A stretch of DNA of 64,000 nucleotides from Candidatus Iainarchaeum sp. (GTDB lineage Archaea > Iainarchaeota > Iainarchaeia > Iainarchaeales > JAZDFD01): contig JAZDFD010000001.1 in assembly GCA_043808155.1 (NCBI GenBank), positions 1 to 64,000 of the forward strand, read 5' to 3'. How positions within the stretch are numbered: the first letter of the stretch is position 1; each line of letters begins with the position of its first letter. Both the position numbers and the translations under genes were made by a program. Below the pieces are notes generated by a model. The model was not told where the DNA came from, did not search any database, and was given only the letters and a program-made list of their open reading frames with translations. This document shows positions 39,289 to 47,802 of this stretch, in pieces.

Positions 39289-39735
39289 ATGACTATGACA
39301 CATTCAGATTTGTTTGGCAAGAAAATAGTTATTAGGAGTTTTTTTGTTACGCCCTTGATTTTTTTATTTATTGTTTTAGTAATGAGTTCTAATCCCAGCT
39401 TTGGAAATATAAGCGACATACAAAAAGCTGTGCTCCCATTTATTGCAATAACGTTTGCATTAGTGGGAATTATATCTAATGTTTTTGCTAGATTTACACT
39501 TGAGCAACAATTAAAAAATACAGAACAGGATTTTCCAATACTACTAATAATGATGACTTTTTCAGAAATACCAGTAATTTTAGGTTTGATTCTTACAATA
39601 CTGCTTGAAGAAATAATATACTTCTTTGGATTTTTTGTTTTAACATATTTACTAATGTTATGGAATTTCGGTCTTGTAAAAAACTGGGAACAGAAGATGC
39701 AAGAAGACCAAGACCAAACGGGGATGTATGCATAG
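39289..39735 (+). CDS. Membrane protein
   Basis: Four hydrophobic segments. Confidence 0.6.
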   Translation: MTMTHSDLFGKKIVIRSFFVTPLIFLFIVLVMSSNPSFGNISDIQKAVLPFIAITFALVGIISNVFARFTLEQQLKNTEQDFPILLIMMTFSEIPVILGLILTILLEEIIYFFGFFVLTYLLMLWNFGLVKNWEQKMQEDQDQTGMYA

Positions 39736-39887
39736 CCCCTGGGGATATTCACACACAGGGGACTCCATTCGCGATAATCCAACCAAACTTTACGAGAATA
39801 GTGAGATCACAACAACTTATCTGATGAGTAAAATAAACAAGTCTGCAAAGGAAATCCTTATATATCATTTGTATACCTATTTGATGT

Positions 39888-40154
39888 ATGAGCAATAAAA
39901 TGATTAATTTGAGATTGGGCAATCGTCTTATCCAAGAGATTGACAAAGCAGTAAAAGAAGAGCTTTACGAGAACAGAACTGAATTTATAAGAGCAATTTT
40001 AAGGGAAAAACTCAAAGAACGAAAAACAGAGAAATTAATCCAGAATTTGAAGAAAAGACAGGGCGAGGGAAAGCGATTGGGGATCAAAGACCCTTCAGAA
40101 GAAGAGTTCAGAAAAATCAGGGAAAATACATGGGATAAATTACATGAATCATAA
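39888..40154 (+). CDS. Ribbon-helix-helix (CopG-like) putative antitoxin
   Basis: INLRL...EIDKAVKEELYENRTEFIRAILRE. Confidence 0.85.
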   Translation: MSNKMINLRLGNRLIQEIDKAVKEELYENRTEFIRAILREKLKERKTEKLIQNLKKRQGEGKRLGIKDPSEEEFRKIRENTWDKLHES

Positions 40155-40577
40155 TTCTTCAGGAAGAAAAGATTTTGTAATGTGATTGAGTTTCTCAAAA
40201 TGCTTATCTCTAGAAACGACAATTGCACCATAATCTCTTGCAAGTACTGCGCACAAAGAATCTGTTTTAGGAATGTTGAATTTCTTGGAAATTTTCCTAG
40301 CTTCTTCAACTTGCGTATCAGAAGAATCAATAAATTCAATTTTCTTCGCATTCAGCAATTCTTTAAACACGGTATTTTGCAGATGTGATTCATTACAATT
40401 CAATATGTTTTTAATTTCAAAAACAACGTCCTTTGGAATAATCAGAAAATATTTACAACTTACTGCGTTATTGAAAAACTGAAATGCGAATTCGCCAAGC
40501 GGTTTAATTGAATCTTTTCTATCAAAATAATAATCAAGAAAAATATTTGAATCCACAAAGACTCTCTCAGCAACCAT
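40149..40577 (-). CDS. PIN-domain (VapC-like) protein
   Basis: FVDSNIFLD, DSLCAVLA and SRDKHF motifs. Confidence 0.88.
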   Translation of the reverse strand: MVAERVFVDSNIFLDYYFDRKDSIKPLGEFAFQFFNNAVSCKYFLIIPKDVVFEIKNILNCNESHLQNTVFKELLNAKKIEFIDSSDTQVEEARKISKKFNIPKTDSLCAVLARDYGAIVVSRDKHFEKLNHITKSFLPEEL

Positions 40578-40644
40578 AAAAAAATATTTGTTTTTACATT
40601 TAAAAATAGATTAGCAAGAGCTCATTTCCGGTGAACTTAAAAAA

Positions 40645-40716
40645 AGCCCCTGGGGAGATTCGAACTCCCGATCCCTTGTTTACGAAACAAGTGCTTTACC
40701 ACTAAGCCACAGAGGC
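40645..40716 (-). tRNA. tRNA-Thr(CGT)
   Basis: GCCTCTG...CTTGT-TT-CGT-AA-ACAAG...GTTCGAATCTCCCCAGGGGCT. Confidence 0.95.
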
Positions 40717-40759
40717 GCGCTTGATGACGATAATATCTTTGTCAATAAAAATAATTATA

Positions 40760-40825
40760 TATTACCGTGGGATTGAACAAAGTGAAATCCCACATATATT
40801 CGCACTCGCCGGGCGCGACGGCGAA
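40760..40825 (+). repeat. Module A+C palindrome
   Basis: TATTAC-CGTGGGATT...AATCC-CACATA; GCACTCGCCGGGCGCGACGGCGAA. Confidence 0.8.
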
Positions 40826-42316
40826 TTAAAGCGTTTTGTATTCTGCTTTTCCAATTTTTAATTTCCAGAGAGTTTCAGGGAGTTCCTGAATTTTGATTCT
40901 TTTCTGTTCCATTGAGTCACGCTCACGTAAGGTAACAGTTCCTTTCTCTAAAGTATCATAATCTAAAGTAATTGCATAGGGAGTTCCAATTTCATCAGCA
41001 CGCGCGTATCTTTTGCCTATGCTCCCTTTGTCATCGAAGAAAGCATCAAACTCAAAGTCAGAGAGTTCTTTGTAAAGGCTTTCTGCTTTTTCTTTTAACC
41101 CGTCTTTTTTCACTAATGGGAAAACAGCAACAAAGAAAGGTGCAACTCTTGCAGGGAGTTTCAAATATGTTCTTTCTTCAGGTCCTCGCTTTTCTTTTCT
41201 GAAGCCATGGTCTAAAACAACATATAATGTTCTGTCAATTCCTGCTGAAAGTTCAAAAACATGCGGGATGAATTTTTTTCCGTCTTCATTTACTGAAAGA
41301 TCTTTTTTGCTTTCTTTTGAATGGGATTTTAAATCATAATCTGTTCTGTAATTGCATGCCATTAATTCAATCCAACCCAAATCAGTTTCAACTTCAAAAT
41401 CCCAGGTTTCTTTTGCATAAAATGCTCTTGCTTCTTTTGCCAGTTCTCTGAAACGCATTGCTTTTACTGGGATGCCATATTTTTCAAACAACTGCTGAAC
41501 CCTTGTAATATAATAAGCAACTAATTTTCCTGAAACAATTTTTTTAGAAACTGCGTCTTTGCAGGAGATTGGATTCATTTTTTTCCCGATAAGCATTAAA
41601 TTGATTTTGTAATTTTCAACGTCATCAAAATTTTCAACTTCATTTATTTTATCAGGATTGAAGAAAATCTCTGCTTCGAATTGTCCGATTTCACGTTCTC
41701 TGATTAAACTCTGCCTTGGAGATATTTCATTTCTGAATGAAGTTCCTGCCTGTGCAATCCCAAAAGGCAAATTCAGGCGCATTGTTTTGTAAAGTCTGCT
41801 AAAATCCAAAAAAATACTCTGGCAGGTTTCAGGTCTCAAATAACATGGGTTTTGTCCTGTTGCACCAATTTCAGTTTTCATCATCATATTGAAGCGTTTG
41901 ACTTTTCCTAATACGCCTTTGCATTTTGTACATTTGATATTGTTCTTTTCAATAAGTTCTGTGAACTTTTCATCAGCCATGCTTTCAGGGAGCGATTCTT
42001 TTGTTTTTTCTTCAATCAGTTTATCTGCTCTGAAGTGTGAATGGCATTTTAAGCACTGAACAATAGGGTCATCGAAATTCTCTAAATGACCCGAAGCTTT
42101 GAAAACTGCTTCAGGCATAATCTGAGCTCCGTAAATTTCAAGCATATTTTCTTTCTGCACTAATTCTTTTCTCCAGAGTTCAATTATTTTTCGTCTCAGA
42201 GATTCTCCTACTGGTCCGAAGTCCCAAAAACCAGAAGGTGCATTTGGATAAATGTCTGCTGACGGATAGAAAATTGATCTCCTCAAAGCTAAATTTACGA
42301 TTTCTTCTTGTGGCAT
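40826..42316 (-). CDS. glyS: Glycine--tRNA ligase (alpha2 type)
   Basis: LRPETCQ, FRNEISPR and GSIGKRYARADEIGTP motifs. Confidence 0.96.
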   Translation of the reverse strand: MPQEEIVNLALRRSIFYPSADIYPNAPSGFWDFGPVGESLRRKIIELWRKELVQKENMLEIYGAQIMPEAVFKASGHLENFDDPIVQCLKCHSHFRADKLIEEKTKESLPESMADEKFTELIEKNNIKCTKCKGVLGKVKRFNMMMKTEIGATGQNPCYLRPETCQSIFLDFSRLYKTMRLNLPFGIAQAGTSFRNEISPRQSLIREREIGQFEAEIFFNPDKINEVENFDDVENYKINLMLIGKKMNPISCKDAVSKKIVSGKLVAYYITRVQQLFEKYGIPVKAMRFRELAKEARAFYAKETWDFEVETDLGWIELMACNYRTDYDLKSHSKESKKDLSVNEDGKKFIPHVFELSAGIDRTLYVVLDHGFRKEKRGPEERTYLKLPARVAPFFVAVFPLVKKDGLKEKAESLYKELSDFEFDAFFDDKGSIGKRYARADEIGTPYAITLDYDTLEKGTVTLRERDSMEQKRIKIQELPETLWKLKIGKAEYKTL

Positions 42317-42499
42317 TGTTCTCACTTCTAAATATCAACTCAAAAAGAATTTATAAATATGTTTATGCCAAATTTTTTTCAAAAAAATACTTTTAAATAC
42401 TAGTTAGGACTTTCTTTAAATTAAGATATAGTAGAGTGCAATGATGGCTTGCATAGTTTAGCATTTCTGATTATGTCAAAAACTAGGGGGGTTTGACCC

Positions 42500-42565
42500 A
42501 TGGTGAAGAAAAAACCTGCTGCAAAAAAAGTAAAGAAGAAAGCAGTAAAGAAAAAGAAGAAATAA
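42500..42565 (+). CDS. 21-aa Lys-rich micropeptide
   Basis: MVKKKPAAKKVKKKAVKKKKK preceded by G-rich SD-like AGGGGGGT. Confidence 0.55.
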   Translation: MVKKKPAAKKVKKKAVKKKKK

Positions 42566-42749
42566 GCATGTATGATTATACATTTGATAATAGGGGCATT
42601 TTTGCCTCTCTCTTATTTTTTTGAAATCAGGAAATTATTCAAATAATCTGTTTTTAAATATTAGTGTTTTTCGAGGACAGGGGTTCATTTTTATGCTTTT
42701 TGACACGCGAGTATCTTGCTCAAAAATATATGTTTTGGGGGGACTTGAA

Positions 42750-42824
42750 ATGAAATGCTTTTTAGAAAATGATCTCTACATGTCGGATGATGATGAAGAA
42801 TACAGCGATGAAGAAGATTATTAA
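42750..42824 (+). CDS. 24-aa acidic micropeptide
   Basis: MKCFLENDLYMSDDDEEYSDEEDY preceded by GGGGGGA. Confidence 0.45.
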   Translation: MKCFLENDLYMSDDDEEYSDEEDY

Positions 42825-42908
42825 GATGCAGATGAATGATTGCTCTGAAAATCTTTGCCCTATTTCTTTTTTTATTTTTTATTATTTTAGCAGTTTATTG
42901 TTTGCGGG

Positions 42909-43448
42909 TTAGGCATTCTTTAAATAGACGACTAAATTCCTTGTCAGAGTTTTAACTGAAGAAACATGTCGGGACATTTCTTTGTTTAATTGTGGGTCCA
43001 AAAATGGACTTATAATTAAAATTGAAAATGAAACTGAAACTATGTGCAGTAAAGTGAATGGAATCTGCATTATCAAAGTCACAATAAATGGCTGATTAAA
43101 CATAAATGAACTCATTATCGGGCCAGTTATAAAATCAAATATTAATACTGCAACTGCTCCCGAGCCAAGAAATAATTTCATAGTAGATTCTTTGTTTTTA
43201 AGGAAAAAATGGAAAAGCATTATTACTGCAGAATATGTGAGGCTTGTTACCAACGTCCACAACCCCAAATGACCTGTAATTATATCAAAAGAAAACATTA
43301 CTGCAAACGCAAACAACGCACCTTTCCACCATGGTTCGTTTTTTGCAGCAGGAAGTGCAAATCCCATTATCGGATCTGAATTAGGGAAAATTCTGAAAAA
43401 TCTGTAAAAATTTGTTAAAATCGCACCAAATAAATATTTGAATTTCAT
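42909..43448 (-). CDS. Membrane protein, ECF S-component-like
   Basis: Five to six TM segments; RIFPNSDP and IPFTLLH motifs. Confidence 0.6.
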   Translation of the reverse strand: MKFKYLFGAILTNFYRFFRIFPNSDPIMGFALPAAKNEPWWKGALFAFAVMFSFDIITGHLGLWTLVTSLTYSAVIMLFHFFLKNKESTMKLFLGSGAVAVLIFDFITGPIMSSFMFNQPFIVTLIMQIPFTLLHIVSVSFSILIISPFLDPQLNKEMSRHVSSVKTLTRNLVVYLKNA

Positions 43449-43506
43449 TTAATCACACCACATATATATCTGAAAAGACTTTATAAAAGTGTCTTTAATA
43501 TAATAT

Positions 43507-44538
43507 ATGGATATTATGCCAACAACAAACTTGGAAAGACTCCGAAAACAGCTTATTTCTAAGGCTAAAAAACAGATATCGGAAAAGTATTCAGGAGATG
43601 ACATTCACATAATCAGAGCAGTGAATGTTCTTGAAGACCTTGATTTTATTTTTAATTTACTGAGTGAACATGCACGTGAATGGTATTCAGTGCATTTCCC
43701 TGAACTTAATTCACTTGTGAAAGATAATGAAACCTATCTGAAAATGATAAATGATTTGGGAACACGAGAAAATTTTACAGAATCAAAAATTGAACAGTAT
43801 GCAAAAGAAAAAAATATTTCAAAAATTGCAGAAAAAGCAAAATCCGGAATGGGTTCTGAAATCGGAGAAAAAGAAATGGGAGAAATTAATTCATTAGTGA
43901 AAAATGCACTTTCTCTGAAAAAGGAAAGAAATGCACTTTCTGCATTTATCGAAAAAGAGACTGCTACTTTAATGCCGAACTTTTCAGAACTTGCAGGTCC
44001 GATTTTAAGTGCAAAACTTCTTAATGAAGCAGGAAGTTTCAAAAAACTTGCAATGATGCCAAGTTCCACAATGCAATTATTGGGAGCGGAGAAAGCACTT
44101 TTCAGACATATTAAATCAGGTGCACGCCCTCCAAAATACGGACACTTATTTCAGCATCCTCTTGTAAAACAAATGACACCCTGGCAGAAGGGTGCTACTG
44201 CAAGAACTATTGCAGGAAAATTAAGTATGGCAATTAAGGAAGATTATTTTGGAGATAAGAAAATTGCAGAGGATTTGAAAAAAGATCTTGAAGTAAGACT
44301 TAAGGAAATTTCAGAAACTCACAAGAAAAAAGAACCAAAAGAAGGCTCCAGAACAGATTCACAAACATATTCAAAGCCAAGAAGCTATTCAGATAACTCA
44401 GGACCCCGACCATATTCAAAACCAAAACAATATTCAAAACCAAGAACATATTCAAATAAATCAGGTGCTAAACCATTCAAAACTCAGGGAAATAAATTTC
44501 GTAAACCATTCAAAAAGAAAAATACATTCGGAGCATAG
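43507..44538 (+). CDS. nop5: Nop5/Nop56 box C/D RNP protein
   Basis: REWYSVHFPEL, QLLGAEKALFRH and PKYG motifs. Confidence 0.96.
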   Translation: MDIMPTTNLERLRKQLISKAKKQISEKYSGDDIHIIRAVNVLEDLDFIFNLLSEHAREWYSVHFPELNSLVKDNETYLKMINDLGTRENFTESKIEQYAKEKNISKIAEKAKSGMGSEIGEKEMGEINSLVKNALSLKKERNALSAFIEKETATLMPNFSELAGPILSAKLLNEAGSFKKLAMMPSSTMQLLGAEKALFRHIKSGARPPKYGHLFQHPLVKQMTPWQKGATARTIAGKLSMAIKEDYFGDKKIAEDLKKDLEVRLKEISETHKKKEPKEGSRTDSQTYSKPRSYSDNSGPRPYSKPKQYSKPRTYSNKSGAKPFKTQGNKFRKPFKKKNTFGA

Positions 44539-44546
44539 GTGTTTTT

Positions 44547-45209
44547 TTGAAGGAGATTTTCCCTGGAATTTATCTTATCAATGGGAAGTTGGCTACTTTA
44601 AACTCAGTTCCCGGAAATAAAGTTTATGGTGAACAGTTAGTTTCAGTTAAAGATCAGGAATTTCGTATTTGGGACCCCTACAGATCAAAATTAGCAGCTG
44701 CGATTAAAAAAAATCTAAAAACTGTCCCTTTGAAAAAAGATTTCAAAGTTTTATATTTGGGGAGTGCAGAAGGTACAACTGTTTCTCATGTTGCTGAGAG
44801 TGTTGGTGATAAAGGGCTGGTTTTTGGTGTTGAGTTTAGTGAAAGAACTATGAGGAAATTTATTGACATCTGTGAATCGCGTTCAAATATAATTCCGATT
44901 TTAGCAGATGCTAACAAACCAGACTCATATTCGGAATATTTAGAAGGTCAGGGCATTGATTTGCTTTATCAGGATATTGCACAGAAAAATCAGGCAGAAA
45001 TTTTCAATAAAAATGCAAAAATGTTTCTGAAAAAAGGCTCTTTTGGAATGATTGCAATCAAAGCGCGTTCCATAAGCCAGAAAAAAAATATAAAAGAAAT
45101 ATTTGACACAGAGATTGCTGAAATTGAAAAAGAATTTAAAATAATTGAAAGTGTTCCTTTAGCTCCATTTGAGAAAGAACATTTATTTGTTGTTTGCCAA
45201 AAAAAGTAA
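44547..45209 (+). CDS. flpA: Fibrillarin-like 2'-O-methyltransferase
   Basis: WDPYRSKLAA, VLYLGSAEGTTVSH and YQDIAQ motifs. Confidence 0.96.
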   Translation: MKEIFPGIYLINGKLATLNSVPGNKVYGEQLVSVKDQEFRIWDPYRSKLAAAIKKNLKTVPLKKDFKVLYLGSAEGTTVSHVAESVGDKGLVFGVEFSERTMRKFIDICESRSNIIPILADANKPDSYSEYLEGQGIDLLYQDIAQKNQAEIFNKNAKMFLKKGSFGMIAIKARSISQKKNIKEIFDTEIAEIEKEFKIIESVPLAPFEKEHLFVVCQKK

Positions 45210-45231
45210 GATTTTTAAATTAGTGATTATA

Positions 45232-45798
45232 ATGATTTCAGAAGTTAGAAGAAAATTTATTCACATTGGAATTGGCTCTGTCTTTGTACTGATGGTTTTC
45301 TTTTTAGGAACTATTAATTCATTAATGATTTTATTTCCAATTTATATTATTGGTCTAATTAGTTCATTTTTGATTTTAAAGGGAGTTAGAATTCCATTTG
45401 CTCATGCCTTACTTGATGATGTGCAAAGAACAGATGAAAAGCATCTCCCGGGAAAAGGAGCGCTTTATTTTTTCCTTGGTGCAAATTTAGTTTTAGCTTT
45501 ATTTTGGTGGAATCAGTTATTTGTTTTAGCAGCTCTTTGTACTGTTGTTTTCGGAGATGGTTTTGCAACAATGGTTGGAATTAAGTTTGGTAAACACACA
45601 TTAATTAGCGGAAAAAGTGTTGAAGGAACTCTTGCATGCATTATTGCGTGTGTAATTTTTCTTCATGTTTTATTTCCGTTCAGTATTTACAGAATTGGAT
45701 TTACTGCATTTGTTGCAACTGCAGTTGAACTTCTTCCATTAAATGACAATTTAGGGATGCCATTAGCAACAGCAGCAACATTATTATTGTTAATTTAA
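45232..45798 (+). CDS. Dolichol/phytol kinase family membrane protein
   Basis: RKFIH, GDGFA, KSVEG and NDN motifs. Confidence 0.88.
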   Translation: MISEVRRKFIHIGIGSVFVLMVFFLGTINSLMILFPIYIIGLISSFLILKGVRIPFAHALLDDVQRTDEKHLPGKGALYFFLGANLVLALFWWNQLFVLAALCTVVFGDGFATMVGIKFGKHTLISGKSVEGTLACIIACVIFLHVLFPFSIYRIGFTAFVATAVELLPLNDNLGMPLATAATLLLLI

Positions 45799-45818
45799 GA
45801 TAAAGTATGTGATGTCAG

Positions 45819-45859
45819 TGCCACTTTAGTGGCACCCGTACTAGCCGGACGTGACGGCG
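45819..45859 (+). repeat. Module B+C palindrome abutting tRNA-Arg
   Basis: GTGCCACT-TT-AGTGGCAC followed by GTACTAGCCGGACGTGACGGC. Confidence 0.8.
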
Positions 45860-45860
45860 T

Positions 45861-46001
45861 GGGCCTGTGGCGCAACGGATAGCGCAGCTGCCTCCTAACG
45901 GACAGATCCGTTAACGATCTGTATGTGCGGGGTTTTCAACCCCGCGATAATAATACGTGGGAGCGAGCAGAAGGTTGAGAGTTCGATTCTCTCCGGGCCC
46001 G
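45861..46001 (+). tRNA. tRNA-Arg(CCT) with 68-nt intron (45898-45965)
   Basis: GGGCCTG/CGGGCCC acceptor; CT-CCT-A then intron; GGAG-CG^A BHB half; GTTCGATTC T-loop. Confidence 0.9.
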
Positions 46002-46027
46002 ATATTCATTTTTTGTAATTTTAGAAA

Positions 46028-46310
46028 TATTACTGCACTGTTGTGCAAAACAATAGTGCACATATCGCACTAGCCGGGCGTTCGGCTTTCGATTCTCTCC
46101 GGGCCCGCCTTTTTAAAAAAAGGCAGGTTGCAACTTAAACCAATGAGGTTTAAGTGCACACTGAAACCAAAGTTTCAGTTGTGCCAAAAAGGCAAATCCT
46201 TTGGGATTTGCACATCTATTTTTTCAAAACAACTTTTATTAACAACCGAGCCCAAGCGAGATGTGCCACTGCAAGTGGCACTCGTACTAGCCGGACGTGA
46301 CGGCTTAAGC
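46028..46310 (+). repeat. Palindrome cluster with displaced tRNA-Arg 3' end
   Basis: Module A at 46028-46064, module C, TTCGATTCTCTCCGGGCCCG at 46088-46107 equals 45982-46001, further hairpins, B+C at 46263-46304. Confidence 0.8.
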
Positions 46311-46375
46311 AAATAACGTCCTGGCAATGTACGATTGACGTAAACCTTAAAAACTAGTTTTTACATATAAATTGT

Positions 46376-47086
46376 ATGGATAAACTGCCCTCAACTATTG
46401 CAGGTGAGATCTGCCTTTCAAAAGAACCAGGAAGTTCAATGAAAAAATGGCGAGAGATCTTTGGAATTTCTCAGACTGAATTAGCGGAATTTTTAAAAGT
46501 TTCATCTTCAACAATTTCAGATTATGAAGGGGGAAGAAGAAAAAGTCCTGGTATTAATGTTGTCAGCAGATTTGTTGAAGCATTAATCAGAATGGATAAA
46601 AACAAAGGTGGTCCGATAATAAAACAGTTAGAAAAAGATTTCAAACCAAAAGAAGATGCATTTGATACACATGAATTTTATGCTGCAATGCCGTCAGATA
46701 AATTCATAAAAAAATTAGAAGCAACTTGTGTTGCAAATCCTTCAAAATTAAAAAATTCACAAATTTACGGTTATACAATTGTTGATTCATTAAAAGTAAT
46801 TTTAGATGTTCCTGTTCATGAGTATATGCAGATTTATGGTAAGACTCCTGAGCGTGCACTGATTTTCAAACACGTGGAAAATGGAAGAAGCCCTTTAATC
46901 GCAGTAAAAATTGGACGCTTTTCTACGGAAATGAAACCTGCAATGGTAATACTGCACGGGGATTTGAAACCTTCAAAAGTTGACCCCATTGCAATAAAAA
47001 TTGCAGAATCAGAAAAAATCCCATTATTAGTTACCAGCAAACCAATAGGTGAAATAGTAGGGGTTTTTGAAAAATATGAAAGTTAA
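46376..47086 (+). CDS. Conserved archaeal HTH (XRE) regulator
   Basis: IAGEI, ISDYEGGRRKSPG and GRSPLIA motifs. Confidence 0.88.
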   Translation: MDKLPSTIAGEICLSKEPGSSMKKWREIFGISQTELAEFLKVSSSTISDYEGGRRKSPGINVVSRFVEALIRMDKNKGGPIIKQLEKDFKPKEDAFDTHEFYAAMPSDKFIKKLEATCVANPSKLKNSQIYGYTIVDSLKVILDVPVHEYMQIYGKTPERALIFKHVENGRSPLIAVKIGRFSTEMKPAMVILHGDLKPSKVDPIAIKIAESEKIPLLVTSKPIGEIVGVFEKYES

Positions 47087-47091
47087 GCTGA

Positions 47092-47802
47092 TTAAATTCG
47101 AATACAGAAAGTAAATCTTTTTTTATCTTTTCCAAATTTGTCTCTACCTGTGGTTTTGTATGATACTGTTTGATCTGATTTGTATTTTGAGGCAAGGATT
47201 GATGAAATTTTTCTTGCTGCTTTTTTAGAGCCTATAAAAAAATCCAGCCCGTTTTTTGCTTCTTTTATAGCAATTGCTTCTGAAAGTGGATCTCTCTTTT
47301 TTTCAAAAAATAAAAGCTGCTGTATTTCTTTTTTTATTTTTTCGTTTTTAATTGCAGTTGGTTTTTCATCTTTAAATCTTATCTGGAGGATTGCTTCATG
47401 ATAATATGATTGAACACGCATGCATGGATCGCACATAACTTCTTTTGGGACTAAATGTGTTTCCTTTTCAATTGTGACTTCCTGATTCTGAACAAGACCT
47501 GTTAATACAACTGTTGCAATTGTTGTGTTGTCATCCATTGGTTCTAAATCAATTGAGATTCTTTCAGAACCCATTTCTTTTGTTTTGATATTTGATTTTA
47601 CAAGATTTTCAATTAGTTCTGGTGTCTGCTCCTGCCATTTACCTCTGTAACGGATTTTGTTGCATACTTTGCAGTGTTCAATTTCTATTTTTTCAGGAAT
47701 CTGAACAAGGTCGTGATCTTTCAAATAACAATCTGTACAGAAACTGCCAATAAAATGACCTTTGTTTGTTCCACATTTTGGACACATTCTTTCAAGAGGC
47801 AT
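47092..47802 (-). CDS. NMD3 family protein
   Basis: Four CxxC pairs; YHEAILQIR. Confidence 0.9.
   Translation of the reverse strand: MPLERMCPKCGTNKGHFIGSFCTDCYLKDHDLVQIPEKIEIEHCKVCNKIRYRGKWQEQTPELIENLVKSNIKTKEMGSERISIDLEPMDDNTTIATVVLTGLVQNQEVTIEKETHLVPKEVMCDPCMRVQSYYHEAILQIRFKDEKPTAIKNEKIKKEIQQLLFFEKKRDPLSEAIAIKEAKNGLDFFIGSKKAARKISSILASKYKSDQTVSYKTTGRDKFGKDKKRFTFCIRI

Larger units (their letters stand above)
39734..40661. mobile_element. Mini-island at tRNA-Thr bounded by a duplicated tRNA 3' end
   Basis: AGCCCCTGGGGATATTC at 39734-39750 vs AGCCCCTGGGGAGATTC at 40645-40661 (16/17). Confidence 0.7.

Noticed and set aside
39156-39782. 208-aa minus-strand ORF and other long antisense ORFs
   Set aside because: They are shadows of better-supported genes on the opposite strand.
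46088-46107. Split or permuted tRNA half
   Set aside because: The fragment starts in the T-loop, has no BHB or complementary leader, and an intact gene is adjacent; it fits a duplication better.
82-46310. CRISPR interpretation of the palindromic repeats
   Set aside because: Copies are dispersed, not regularly spaced identical repeats, and no cas genes are in the window.
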